The position numbers and the translations under genes are program-made. From Hydrolagus colliei (Eukaryota), in assembly GCA_035084275.1 (NCBI GenBank), contig CM068762.1, positions 11,780,001 through 11,844,000 on the forward strand: DNA of 64,000 nucleotides. Reading direction: 5' to 3'. The notes beneath the pieces are model-generated. The model was given only the letters and a program-made list of their open reading frames with translations. It did no database searches and was not told the origin of the DNA. Each line of letters opens with the position of its first letter. Position 1 is the first letter of the stretch. Positions 24,401 through 37,150 of this stretch are shown in pieces.

Positions 24401-27354
24401 TGTTACAGTATTTTTCGCACATAATGCGTCTGAAACTAGAGACAAAACATCACCAATGGAACAAATCATAACTGCTCAATACAAACACTTCCTTTAGTAA
24501 ACGATTCCCAACTGTGTACAGACTGTGAGCACCACTGCTCTTATCCATACAGTTGAACGGCTGGTGTATTGTGATTGGGGTTTAAGCATTGATCACTGAG
24601 GCTGGACGCTGCTGTTATTGCTGTTTGTTCTGTATCAGGTCTGGGACAGAGGAGCTGATGACTACATGCCTCGCAACCCACCTGTACCTCATTCATGTCA
24701 CATCACAAGAACGTCCTCTTCGATCGCGCCTTTGGTCACCCTCCTACCCCTACCCTCCACTCCTCCTGATCCCAGGCACCCGCTCGGGTCCCAATTCCTG
24801 ACTGTCCAGTGCCTTGAGACAACCTCACAATGTGAAATGTGCTGTGTAAATAGCATTTGTTGTTGATCTTGTGAATTGAAAGATAAATAATTTTCTCCCT
24901 TAAGAATCAATTAATTTCCCCCACCCCCAAATCTGAGAGAAGAAAAATTCTGCCTGGAAATTGACTTCAGCTCATTGGCCTTATCTCCATGAGCCTCTCA
25001 GCGATTGAGGTCCACAACGTTGCGCTCACAAACAGAGCAGCGCTGAGCCACAATATGTGTGAAACTGGATGTCAGTCTCCGACGAAGGGTTGTAGACCCG
25101 AAACTTTGTCTCTTTTTCCTTTCTCCATGGATGCTGCCTGACCTGCTGAGTTTCCCCGGCAACTTCTGTTTAAGTGCAATTGATATTTCCGGATTGTTGG
25201 CCAGGACACCAGGAGAGGCTCCCTGCTTGATATCCAGTCCGTTCTCATTTAATAGGTAAATAAATGTACAGTAGATATAGCAAGCAATTCCACTGTCTTT
25301 ACACAGGGGCACTTACCGTGACTGTTGATTTGTACCAAGCAACTGCAGGTTACCTGCGCAGTTTGTAGGATTGACACTTTAACCTTTTCACTGGATTGTG
25401 TTCCTTTGTTATTCGAGGCCGTGCAGTAATACGGGTGGCACTGGTGGGAGATGGAGCCACATTGTATGTCTAGTTTGTTGCTGTGAGAGATCACTGAAGA
25501 AGCTCCAGACTGTGTCTTTCTGTACCATTGATACTGAATGGGAAGGGATCCACTGATGGACTTACAGGAGATGGAGACATTACCTCCTGAACACGAGGCA
25601 TTGGGAGCTGATAAGAATCTAAGCTGAGGAACCGACACAGGCTCTGTGGGGAAAGAGACAATCAGTCACTGGCTGACAGATTCTAATTCCTGCATTGGGA
25701 CTGTTTACAGGCTGTCATAGAATAAACAACTGACTTCTCATGGAGTCTGACTTGTGTTATATGCGACAGAGCTTCTTAAGTTAGAAGTGAAATTAAAGTG
25801 AATGGTTTAAGGTATGGACAGATATGTGTAGCTTTTTTGCAAACGTTGTATTTTCCTTGTTAGACTCACAGTCACAAGTAACAGTTTTACACATTAAAAT
25901 AGAATCAATAGCTCAGGTAGCTTACCGTAGGATATGTGTAGTCTTACAGCAAACATTGGATCATTGCCAGGTGTATCAATACCACAGTTATACCAATCTG
26001 CATCTCTAGTGGTGAGATCCTCCATAGTGACAGTAAATACCCCGTCTCTGGTGTGATCTGTGATTGAGAATCTTCCTTGTTGTCCATTCTTGTCGTTTGT
26101 ATTAACTACAACCTGACAACTAGTACGATAGTATCCCCAACACCAATATTTCCTGTGTGACCGGTACAGCTGTTTATCATAGTGACAGTCTATTGTGACC
26201 GCTCGGCCCACAACTCCTGTTACAGCAGCTTTCCCCCATATTGCATCTGAAACTAGAGACAAAACATCACCAATGAAACAAACCATAACTGCTCAATACA
26301 AACACTTCCTTTAGTAAACGATTCCCAACTGTGTACAGACTGTGAGCACCACTGCTCTTAGCCATACAGTTGAATGGCTGGTGTATTGTGATTGGGGTTT
26401 AAGCATTGATCACTGAGGCTGGACGCTGCTGTTATTGCTGTTTGTTCTGTATCAGGTCTGGGACAGAGGAGCTGATGACCTCTTCCTTTTTCATCATTTT
26501 AGATTATTTTGTTTTCTCCAATTTGGCTGCCACGTTTCACCCACAAAACACACAATCAAAGCCTGTTCTGCCATTCTATTAGACCCTGGTTGATCGGTGC
26601 CTCAACTACCAAAAAAGGGTTGGTTTTACAATTATTTTTTCTTTGTATTCAGTCTTTACATTGATTTTGACTGATCTCAAACTGGTCAAATCCTGGGAAT
26701 GTTTAGTGAAAGCGACAGCGTTCATACCAAGCACGGCAAAGCAACTTCTAAGTTCTGTTTTGCAACAATAATAGTAACCCTGGCATTTGACATAGACACA
26801 TTCATGTCTTCTAGACGTCTCATAGCGCTTCACAGAATAGACTGCAAAGTGAATTGACTGTATTTGTGGGTGAAATGCGGCAGCATATTAAACACAGCAG
26901 CGTCCCCACAAACAGACGTGGCTTGAGTGGCCAAATTATTATTGTTTTCTTTAGGGATTATTGATAGGTATGTGGAGTAAGGTTTCACCCTGCCTGGAAT
27001 CGAACCCGGCTTTTTTTCCCTGCATGGCTAGAGCTCTAACCACTGAGCTAAAGGACTCCATTTTGTCGAGAAGACTTAAAACGTTCACAAGATGCAGACT
27101 CCAAGCCGGTAATCAGAGTGCGGCGATAAGTAAGGGGAAGTCATGAAACTTAACAGTTTTTTTTATATACTGAGATCTCAATACGGGAAATTTTGAGAAA
27201 CCGAGAGAGAGCGAGAGACAAAGAGAGAGGAGAACGCTTTTAACAACTACTTTCAAAATGGCAACCAGTTCAACCACAGGAACGTCTGGCTGCTCAGCTC
27301 TGGATGTGACTGACCTGAGAGCGAAGAGAAGAGAAGAATCAAAGTGATGTCCAT
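21463..27354 (-). CDS. R3: activating-type receptor, predicted V-C2-V-C2 four-Ig ectodomain, about 534 aa
   Basis: Exons: leader 27315-27354, V1 25926-26252, C2' 25317-25643, V2 24109-24435, C2 23411-23731, stalk 22658-22781, TM 21726-21817 (YILWRWLRWVLFAVLLISLGLGIYCSKKRH), tail 21463-21509 (AQPEERNKRLTGRPT*). There is no leader between C2' and V2, and the 1605 nt join in frame. Confidence 0.72.
23411..23731 (-). CDS. R3 second C2-type Ig exon
   Basis: ORF 23340-23726; ccccacag|AGCC acceptor, ATT G|gtgagt donor. Confidence 0.9.
24109..24435 (-). CDS. R3 second Ig V exon
   Basis: Inside ORF 23981-24469; canonical splice sites. Confidence 0.9.
25317..25643 (-). CDS. R3 first C2/I-type Ig exon (divergent 3' third)
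   Basis: ORF 25249-25638; SISC..YQWY..PYYCTASN; acceptor ccccacag, donor CAC G|gtaagt. Confidence 0.88.
25926..26252 (-). CDS. R3 first Ig V exon
   Basis: Inside ORF 25894-26286; canonical splice sites; paralogous to the other V exons. Confidence 0.92.
26765..27060 (-). mobile_element. tRNA-derived SINE in R3 intron 1
   Basis: Full-length copy, reverse orientation. Confidence 0.8.
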
Positions 27355-29094
27355 CAGGAGCGAAGGAAACAATATCTATTGTGTGGGCAGCTCTCAGCAC
27401 TTCTTACCGAAAAGGCGTGAGTTAAACGGAAGAGGAAGTCGAGCTCGACAAAATATGCTTTTATTCTATTTATGTGGAGTCCTGTAGCTCAGTGGTTGCA
27501 ACACTCGCCTTACAAGCAAGCATCCTGTGTTTGATTTCCGGCAGGGTGAAATCTTGGGCAAGTTTCATTACTCCACACGAAACGCAGCGCAGGCAATTGC
27601 ACAAAGCAGTGTCCCACAGACAGCCATGGATTAAAATGAACGATTTATTTTTTGTTTTTTTGGGGAGTGTATTATTATTGGGCGTGTGGAGCTGGGAAAC
27701 TTGCCCAAGATTTCACCCTACTGAGAATCAAACACAGGACTCTTGCTTGCAAGGCGAGTGTTGCAACCACAGAGACCCGTGTTTGATTCTCGGCTGGGCA
27801 AGTTTCCTTACTCCATACGCCCAATAATCATTCTTATACCGTTTTAAAAATGCTGAGAGATAGAAAGAACTTCTGTAATAATTTGCAGTGACAGGATCTA
27901 GATCAGACCATCAGCCAGCCTAAGACGCCCAAGGTTTGAGATACCAACTCATGTGTACACACATTAAAACACACGTAGACACACACACACAAACACATAT
28001 ATATTAATAGACACAGGCACACACAGATTAATATACACATATTAATTTCATTAAAATGCGTGCACACACATTAATACACACGCATTAACATACACACATG
28101 CACGTTAATATAAACACACACACATTAAATCAAACATGTTTGGATTAATTATACATTCACATTCACTTACATCGACATATATGATAAGAAGAATCTTTCT
28201 TCTGCCTTGTTTTATCACCGCTTACGTCAAGAAGTCTTTTCCTCATGAGTGAGTGTGACATATGAGTCATTGTGACACTTGTTAGGCCTATGAATTAGCC
28301 ATGTTGCATGAATTAGCCATGTTCACACTCTATAGTCTATTGTCTATAATCTATACAATACTGAGTTGAGTTAGGTACATGTATAATAGTCATAAGGTGT
28401 TGTATCAAATACAAGGAATATCATTATTATTAGTAGTATGAAGCTTGTGGGAAAAAGAACTTTAATTATTATTATTTAGAGATATGTACGTGTGAGGCAG
28501 GCTGTCACCCTCCAAATTCATTTGAACAGCTAATGTAGCCAGCAGGAAACCAGCCCCACAAACTGTCTGTTTCAGCTCAATCTTTAGCTGTGTGCGGTTT
28601 TGTGGGTTTTGCTCTAAAGATTATTGATGGGCTGAAACGTGGGCGAGTGCAGATGTGATGACGAGTTTGACTTGTCTCTGGTGTGATACAAGTCTTTTGA
28701 CTCGACCCAGAATGTAAGCCTTCATTGCAGATGTGAGTGAGGCTGCGACGTGCTTCATAGAGACACGGCTCAGTGTTTTTCCATTAAGTATTCCGTGATG
28801 TTTTTCTTCATATGAGCATTGATGTTATTGCCAGTACTGCAGTAATAACTAATAATAAACCTTGCATTTGGTATAACGCCTTATCACATCTTCTAGATGT
28901 CTCCAAGGGCTTCACAGGAAATAATGTAAAATGGATGGAGTGTGTACCTTATGGGAGGAATCATTACTTATTGTGCCTTTCCTCCTATGTGTGTGATCCT
29001 TGTCAAAACCAATACAAAAAACAAATCATAAAATAATAGTAATAATCCTTGAAAAACACGGTATCAAATGAAAGGATTATCATTATTATTGTTA

Positions 29095-29490
29095 ACCACA
29101 CTCTCGCTCGTCTCCACTGGCTTGCCATACCTCAGAGGATCGAATTCAAGATCCTCAGCCTCACTTTCAAGGACCTCATTTGCCCCCTCCTACCTCTCTG
29201 AGCTGCTGACCCCCTAACAACCTATCCATTCCCTCCGCCCAGGCTTTCAGCCTCCCCGCCCCTATGCTTTAGAACTTCATCTCACAATCCCTTGCTCCCT
29301 CACTTGCCTCCTTTAAGACCGGTCTCAATACCTTCCTTTTCAACCGTGCCTTCAGTACCTATCTCTCTGCCCTCCCTCATCCCAAACCTGTCCTTTCCCC
29401 CCCATGCTCGGTTCCTCCCTGACTGTCCAGCACTTTGGGACATACTCCTGATGTGAAAGGCGCTCTACAAATGTCATTTGTTGTTATTGT
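29095..29490 (+). mobile_element. L2-clade LINE 3' fragment
   Basis: ctccactggcttgcc..gaattcaagatcctc..tgtgaaaggcgctctacaaat tail. Confidence 0.72.
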
Positions 29491-30079
29491 TGTTCCAAGT
29501 GATTGACTTTCTTTCCAATCGTCCATTGAACAGATGTGTATATTTGTGTCCTCAGACACAATATATCCTCAGAACCAACGCAATGGGAAACAACACTAAC
29601 ACATGAAAGGTGACAGTTAATATCAGGGACAGTCTGTTATGGTCGCTCCTCATCCCCAAATATTCAGGCAAATGAGCAATGAACGTCAGGCAGTTGAAGA
29701 CTTTTATTTAACTCATCGAGAGGCGTAAACATTCAGAGCAGCGTTACATTAGGCAATGCCGGTCACAGGTATGGGATCCCCTGAGTTGTTAATTGGAGCC
29801 AGAGTAAAAATAGTTTATTGTGGACCGTTTGGTCATGAACAGTGCAGCGTTTCTGAGAGTCCGAAAAAACAATAACATGAAAGGATTGTCGCGTAAAGCC
29901 CTGCGCAATTTACTGGAGCCAAAAATATTCCCTCTGAATAAATCCTGATGGGAATAATAGCATTGTGAGATATCCCTGCCCCACATCATCTAGCGTGAAA
30001 ATTGCGACTTGTGATGATTAGCACATCATGGGTTACATCCACCCTCACCCCCACCTCATGTACACACACACCACAATCA

Positions 30080-30382
30080 CTATTTTCGCTGTGAAAATAC
30101 AACTGTAGCATATTCTGTCACTGTCAACTCTGGATTTTCCTTCCTGTCCTGTGAGGGTGGATTTTGAGCCGTGATGTTGCTGTAAATGTTACTGTCGCCA
30201 GTGTTGGATGAGAGCGTGGCTGGGGCTCCATTCTCTGCCTTTGCTGATCTCTGAACAAATTTCACTTCTGCGTACGTGATGTTGGCATCTCCAGTACATA
30301 ACTGTGTGGCTGCCTCGCTGCTCCCAGCCACAGAACGCGCTGACCTCTTCTGCACGTTTGCGTAAGTTGTATTGGTTTCAAG
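30080..30382 (-). CDS. R4 terminal cytoplasmic exon, four Tyr motifs
   Basis: Extends ORF 30080-30355 up to the acceptor aactccag. Confidence 0.87.
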   Translation of the reverse strand, partial: LETNTTYANVQKRSARSVAGSSEAATQLCTGDANITYAEVKFVQRSAKAENGAPATLSSNTGDSNIYSNITAQNPPSQDRKENPELTVTEYATVVFSQRK

Positions 30383-33300
30383 CTGGAGTTAAATTGCACG
30401 GGTCAATACAATCCTAAGACATGATTTGCTTTGTGCTTAGTAATAAGTTTGTGTTTGATATCGCGCCTATAATGTCACCATCTCAAAGTGTTCACTTCAC
30501 AGTCTGCTCACACAATCTCTCACAAACAGCCTGGAGGTGACTGACCAGTTAATCTGGTGGATTGTTGGCCAAAACACGGGGAGAAACTCCCATCTCTTTG
30601 TGATCAGTGGCTCTTTCACATCCACCTGAGGCAGGTCCCAGGTCATCAGTTTAAACTTTTCTTAACGTACATTAAACTTCTTACCTCATCACCATTCCCT
30701 GCTCCACGTGAGCCAACTGTTCTTCTATGTGAAGCTGCAATACGGAGATCTTAGACAGAGGGAAAATGTTCACAAGAATCAACAACTGTCTCTTGACAAT
30801 CTGCTACTAATCATTGACATGTTGGAAGTAAAGTTAAAGCCACAGAAAATCACTGAATAACTTTCCTTTATTCTCCCTCCTTTGCTAAATATCTGAAATC
30901 AGTGCCCTCTAGTCTCTAACTCACTGATCAACCCAAATAATTAAATTCTGTCGACTCATCAAATCTCATTGCAGATTTGATGTGATCACCAAACTAAAAT
31001 GTCACTTAATCAAGCATAATAATAATAATCCTTGTATTTAAGACAGCGCTTTTCACGTTTTTTAAACTTCTCAAAGCGCTTCACAGAATATACTGTATTG
31101 ACTATGATTGTAGTGAATTGACTGTATATTTGGGGGTGAAATGTGGCAGCCAATTGCGCACAGCATTGTCCCATAAACAGTCGTGAATTTCTTTTAAAAA
31201 TTGCAAGGGATTATTACCAGATATGTGAAGTAAGGAAACTTGCCCAAGGTTTCACGCTGCCCGGAATCGAACCCAGGTCTCTCACCTTCAAGGTGAGTGC
31301 TCTCGCTACTGAGCTACAGGATTCCAAATATAGCGCATTATTGAGTGTTCAAGACATCTCAAAGCGCTTCGCTGAACATACAGTGAAATTAATTGACCGG
31401 GCAGCCAATTGTCAACAATTAAATCGTTTGTATCCATGTCAATATAAACCATTAAAGCCTTATATGAGTCAGACACTTACCGCGCTTCTTCCTTTGCTTC
31501 CTCAGCACAAGTACAGACAGAATGGCTGCGATCAGCAGCAGCCCCAGCAATCCCAGCACAATGTACACCAACCTAGAGAGCAGAGAACAGGACGTGACAA
31601 GGCTTTTCGAGACACGTAAAATTATTTTCTAAGTTGGTGAAACTACAACACGTTTCACAATTGTGGGAGTTGCAGTTTGGTGAGGACCGAGGTTTGTGGA
31701 CTCCATTGGGTTAATTGTTGGGGTTTAATCTGCTTAAAATACCTAACTTACCACTGAAATTATTGAAAGGCAAGTTTCTCACTGTGTCTCCAGCTCCTAC
31801 CTGAGCTTTTCACCTGCAACTGCACTGTTGAGGTCTTGTGTGTCAGTGGGGTCTTGTGTGACAGTGGAGGAGATGGTTGTTGCTGGAACGTGTGCAGTTG
31901 ACATTGGCGCGGTTGTGATCTCGGGACAGGAATATTCATTTCCTTTGAAGGGAAAGAACACAATTCAGATTTGCTCAACAGCTGCTCAGAGGAGAACCCT
32001 GGCACCAACCTGCACCTCAGGCTTGAAATAACAGACAACACTTTCTCTGTGATTGTCACTGGGCTGGTCAGCGGGGGACATTAGTACTGACGCACTCACC
32101 ATTTATACTGTTAATTTAGAGCCCCACCATCGCTTCCCTGCCTGCACTCCATCCCACAGTCCCTTCGCCTCACTCCAACCCTGGCCTCTTTCAAGACACA
32201 TCTCAAAACACTCCTCTTCAATCGGGCCTAGTGTCATCCTCCTACCATCTACACACCCTGCCCTCCACCCTCCCTTTTCCCAGCCTCCAGCTCAGGTGCA
32301 ATTCTCTCACTGTCCAGTGCCTTAGGACATCCTCTCTCCTACCCTCTCCTACCCATTTAGTACAGGGGACATAACACAATGGGTTTGTGCAGTGTGGACA
32401 ATTTCTCCATTTATTGAATTAACTAACCCGAGAATCCAGTCTGAATGGACATTATTTGTTTCTCATGAATCCTCTGATCAACACTGTACTCACCAATGCT
32501 GTTGATTCTAACCAGGTAACGGCACGTCTCATTCAGGAACTGTAAACCTGAGACTTCAACCATTTCACTTTGTTGTGTTCCTTTGTTATTTGAGGCTGTG
32601 CAGTAGCACTGGTGAGACTGGGAGATGGAGCCACATTGTATGTCTAGTTTGTTGCTGTGAGAGATCACTGAAGAAGCTCCAGACTGTGTCTCTCTGTACC
32701 ATTGATACTGAATGGGAAGGGATCCACTGATGGACTTACAGGAGATGGAGACATCACCTCCTGAACACGAGGCATTGGGAGCTGATAAGAATCTAAGCTG
32801 AGGAACTGACACAGGCTCTGTGGGGAAAGAGACAATCAGTCACTGGCTGACAGATTCTAATTCCTGCATTGGGACTGTTTACAGGCTGTCATAGAATAAA
32901 CAACTGACTTCTCATGGAGTCTGACTTGTGTTATATGTGACAGAGCTTCTTAAATTAGAAGTGAAATTAAAGTGAATGGTTTAAGGTACGGACAGATATG
33001 TGTAGCTTTTTTGCAAACGTATTTTCCTTGTTAGACTCACAGTCACAAGTAACAGTTTTACACATTAAATAAGAATCAATAGCTCAGGTAGCTTACCGTA
33101 AGATATGTGTAGTCTTACAGCAAACATTGGATCATAGCCAGGTGTATCAATACCACAGTTATACTGATCTGCATCTCCAGTGGTGAGATCCTCCATAGTC
33201 ACAGTAAATACCCCGTCTCTGGTGTGATCTGTGATTGAGAATCTTCCTCGTCGTCCATTCTTGTTGTTTGTATTAACTACAACCTGACAACTAGCACGAT

Positions 33301-34771
33301 AGTGTCCCCAACACCAATATTTCCTGTGTGACCAGTACAGCTGTTTATCATAGTGACAGTCTATTGTGACCGCTCGGCCCACAACTCCTGTTACAGCAGC
33401 TTTCCCCCATATTACATCTGAAACTAGAGACAAAACATCACCAATGAAACAAACCATAACTGCTCAATACAAACACTTCCTTTAGTAAACGATTCCCAAC
33501 TGTGTACAGACTGTGAGCACCACTGCTCTTATCCATACATTGAACGGCTGGTGTATTGTGATTGGGGTTTAAGCATTGATCACTGAGGCTGGACACTGCT
33601 GTTATTGCTGTTTGTACTTTATTTGATATAGGGATTTTCACGTCATCTAGATGTCTCAAAGCTCTTCACAGAATAGATTGTGACTGTATTTTTGTGTGAC
33701 ACGTGGCAGCCAATTACGTACAGCAGCGTTTTCTTTAAGGATTACCGATAGACATGTGGAGTAAGCAAACTTGCCCAAGGTTTCACCCTGCCTAGAATCG
33801 AACACAGCTTTTTCACTGTAAATGCTACAGCTCTAACCATTGAGCTACAGGACTCCATTTTGTCGAGAAGACCTGAAACGTTCACATGGTGGAAACTCCA
33901 GGCCGGTAATCAGAGTGAGGCTATAACAGCAACTTCAATTTATATAGCGCCCCCCACACCGGACAATGTCTCAGAGCGCTTCACAACGGATCCCAGGATC
34001 AGGGGTAGAAAGGTGACCAAAGGCGTGGTCGAATAAAAAGCTGAGGCCTGAAACTGGGTAGAGAAGTGGCGAGGCAAAGGGAGTGAGGAAGGGAGATCCA
34101 GAGCCTCAATGCGTAGCAGCTGAAAGCATGGCGCAGCGGAGGATTTGGTCGACAATGAGGAGCCGGTGGAGCGAAGGCAACGGGAGCTGGTTTGAGGAGA
34201 GAGGAGGTCAGAGAAGTAGGGGGTGCAGAGGAGTGGAGGGATTTGAAAACAGGGGTGAGGATCTTGAAATCGATCCTCTTTGGGACAGGGAGCCAGTGAA
34301 GTCTGGCGAGGACTGGGGTAATGGGGAGCAAATTTTGGTGTGGGTGAGAGTACGGGCGGCAGAATTTTGAATGAGTTGGATTTGATGGATTGTGGTGGAG
34401 GGGAGACAGGTGAGGAGGGCATTGGAGTAGTCCAGCCGAGAGATGGCAAAAGTACGGATCAGGGTTTCAGCGGCTCGTGGGATAAGATATTGCTGGAGTA
34501 ATGTATGTAAGGGGAAGTTGTGAAACTTTTTTTGGTACTGAAATCACAATACATTTCTGCAATTATTGAGAAATTTTGAGGGACAGAAAGAGAGACACAC
34601 AATGAGAGAGAGGCAATGAGAGAGAGAGGCAATGAGAGAGAAAATAAGACCATTTTAAACAACTGCTTAGAAAATGGCAACCAGTTCAACCATGGGAACA
34701 ACCCGACTGCTCAGCTCCGGGTGTGACTGACCTGAGAGGGAAGTGAAGAGAAGAATCAAAGTGAAGTCCAT
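30080..34771 (-). CDS. R4: V-C2 inhibitory-type receptor, about 430 aa
   Basis: Exons: leader 34732-34771, V 33097-33423, C2 32494-32817, stalk 31801-31942, TM 31481-31572, cyt1 30685-30749, cyt2 30080-30382 (TTYANV, ITYAEV, NIYSNI, TEYATV). The 1293 nt join in frame. Confidence 0.87.
31015..31325 (-). mobile_element. tRNA-derived SINE in the R4 TM-cyt1 intron
   Basis: Full-length copy. SINEs sit at the same position in R2, R5 and R8. Confidence 0.8.
32494..32817 (-). CDS. R4 C2-type Ig exon
   Basis: ORF 32423-32812; canonical splice sites. Confidence 0.9.
33097..33423 (-). CDS. R4 Ig V exon
   Basis: Inside ORF 33065-33457; canonical splice sites. Confidence 0.92.
33925..34460 (-). mobile_element. 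L2-clade LINE 3' fragment
   Basis: ITPVLARLHWLPVPKRIDFKIL motif (ORF 33999-34331). Confidence 0.82.
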
Positions 34772-36699
34772 CAGGAGCGAAGGGAACAATGTCTGTTGTG
34801 TGGCAGCTCTCAGCGCTTCTTACTGGAAAGGCAGTTTGTGTGTTAAAAGGAAGCGGAAGTCTAGCTCACCAAAACACCCCCTTTTTTTATATACATGTGT
34901 TAAAAGTGACAGATTCATATACGCACACACATTTATAGATATATACACACACACAGATTAACATACATACATGCACATAGATAGACATATGTAATAAATC
35001 CCACAAATTTATGTCAATCTCGATGATATTGAGATCCTGTGTATATTAACTCAACAGTGAAGTCCTGATTCCTCCCCTGCAGATCACTACCATAAATGTA
35101 CAGTGTATGTCGGCATCGATATAAACTCCGTCACACTGACAGCCACCAACTCTTTCAGTTACTGGCAGTATCCACGGCCTTGTTTTATCGCCACTTACAT
35201 CAACAGGCATTTTATCCTCATGAGTGAGTGTGACGTGTGAGTGAGGGTGACACATGTGAGGCCTATGAATCAGTCGTGTTCCATGTGTCGATCCTACTCT
35301 TTACAGTATTCTATTGTCATAATAATCCATACAATACTGAATTATGTGAAGCACGTCTATGTGATATAGCACCTATATTTTCTGTCAGTACAAACCAGGA
35401 AATTACGTTGGATTTGCTGTATCGCCTTTTCATGTTCTTGAGACATATTAAAAGTGATGCACAGAATATATTGGAAAGTGCAGTGACTGTATATTTTGTG
35501 GGCAAAATGCGACAGCCAACCGCACACAGCAATGTCCCACAAACAGTCAGGGGGTTGAGTAATGAAAGTCAGGGATTAGTAATAATAAATGATAAATAAA
35601 TAATAACTTATTATTATTATTTTGGGTGAGGGATTATTAACATCATGATTAAGATCTCAAATTGACCCAATTCCCTGAGCCGTGAGCTGGAGCAGCAGCC
35701 CAGTCTACGAGCTCAAAGATCCCATGGCCTTTCTGACACAGAGATACGTACGTGTGAGGCAGGCTGTCACCCTCCAAGTTCATTTGAACAGCTAATGTAG
35801 CCAGCAGGAAACCAGCCCCACAAACTGTCTGTTTCAGCTCAATCTTTAGCTGTGTGCGGTTTTGTGGGTTTTGCTCTAAAGATTATTGATGGGCTGAAAC
35901 GTGGGCGAGTGCAGATGTGATGACAAGTTTGACTTGGTGTGATACAAGTCTTTTGATTCGACCCAGAATAAGAACAAGGCTTCATTTCAGATGTTTGTGA
36001 AGCTGCAATGTGCTTCATCGAGACACGGTTCAGTGTTATTTCCGTTTAAGTATTCCGTGATGTTTTTCTTCATATGAGCATTGATGTTATTGTCTGTACT
36101 GCAGTAAAAACAATACTATATAGCGCCTTAAAATGCCTTATAGATCTCTCCAAAGGCTTCACAGGATATACTGTGAAATGGATGGAGTGTGTACCTTATA
36201 GGAGGAATCATTACATATTGGGCCTTTTCTCCCATGTGTGATCCTTGTCAAAGCCAATACAACAAAGAAATCATATAATAATGATAATCCCTGCACTTGA
36301 TATAACTTTACAGTTTATTCAATGAGGCAATAAGGCCTCAGAATAAGACTGTATTTTAGTGCCTTGTCACTGGGTCATTGAGAGGTCTCTAAGCATTTCA
36401 AAGGATATATTGCACAGTGAAATGACTGTGTATTTTGTGGGTGTAACGCGGAAGCCAATTAGACACAGCAGAGTTATACCAACAGTTGTGGATTGAGTAA
36501 AAAAAAATGCTTTTTGAAATATAAAACGCACCTCACCCCACGCAAAAAAGATTTGACAGCTTGACAGTGAACCTAGCGTTTTCCAAACCTTTCCCAAGAC
36601 AAGGACTGATCCCAAAACAACTGTCTGCAAACCGGAACATATTGAGTTTCAATCCTGCGATCCTGAGAAACAATACAAAAGTAAATACACACCACCAAC

Positions 36700-37150
36700 A
36701 ACAAAATTACATTTATAGAACACCTTTCACATTGGGAGGACTTCCCAAGGTGCTGAACAATCAGGATGGGGCCCGAGCAAGGGAGAGGGAGAGGGGGAGG
36801 GGAGAGGGGCAGGAGAGAGTTAGGAGGGGAGGGAGAGATTTGGGAGGGCAGTGGAAGAGAAGTGTCTTGAGACCAGCCTTGAAGGAGGCGAGGGAGGGAG
36901 TGAGGCGAAGGGAAGGTGGGATGGAGTTCCAGAGTGTGGGGGCAGAGAGGCTGAAAGCCCTTCCCCCGATGGTAGGGCAGATCGGGCAATGGACATGGAC
37001 CAGAGACTGTTGAACGGAGGGGACGGGCGGGCTGATAGGGAGACAGCAGATCGGAGATAGGCGGGGGCAAGGCCGTGAACGGCCTTGAAGGTGAGGACGA
37101 GGATGAGGACAGCAGGGGCTAGCGGGGAAGTCACAGCCAAAGTGTAGCAG
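36700..37150 (-). mobile_element. L2-clade LINE 3' fragment
   Basis: LVLTFKAVHGLAPAYL motif plus L2 tail. Confidence 0.78.
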
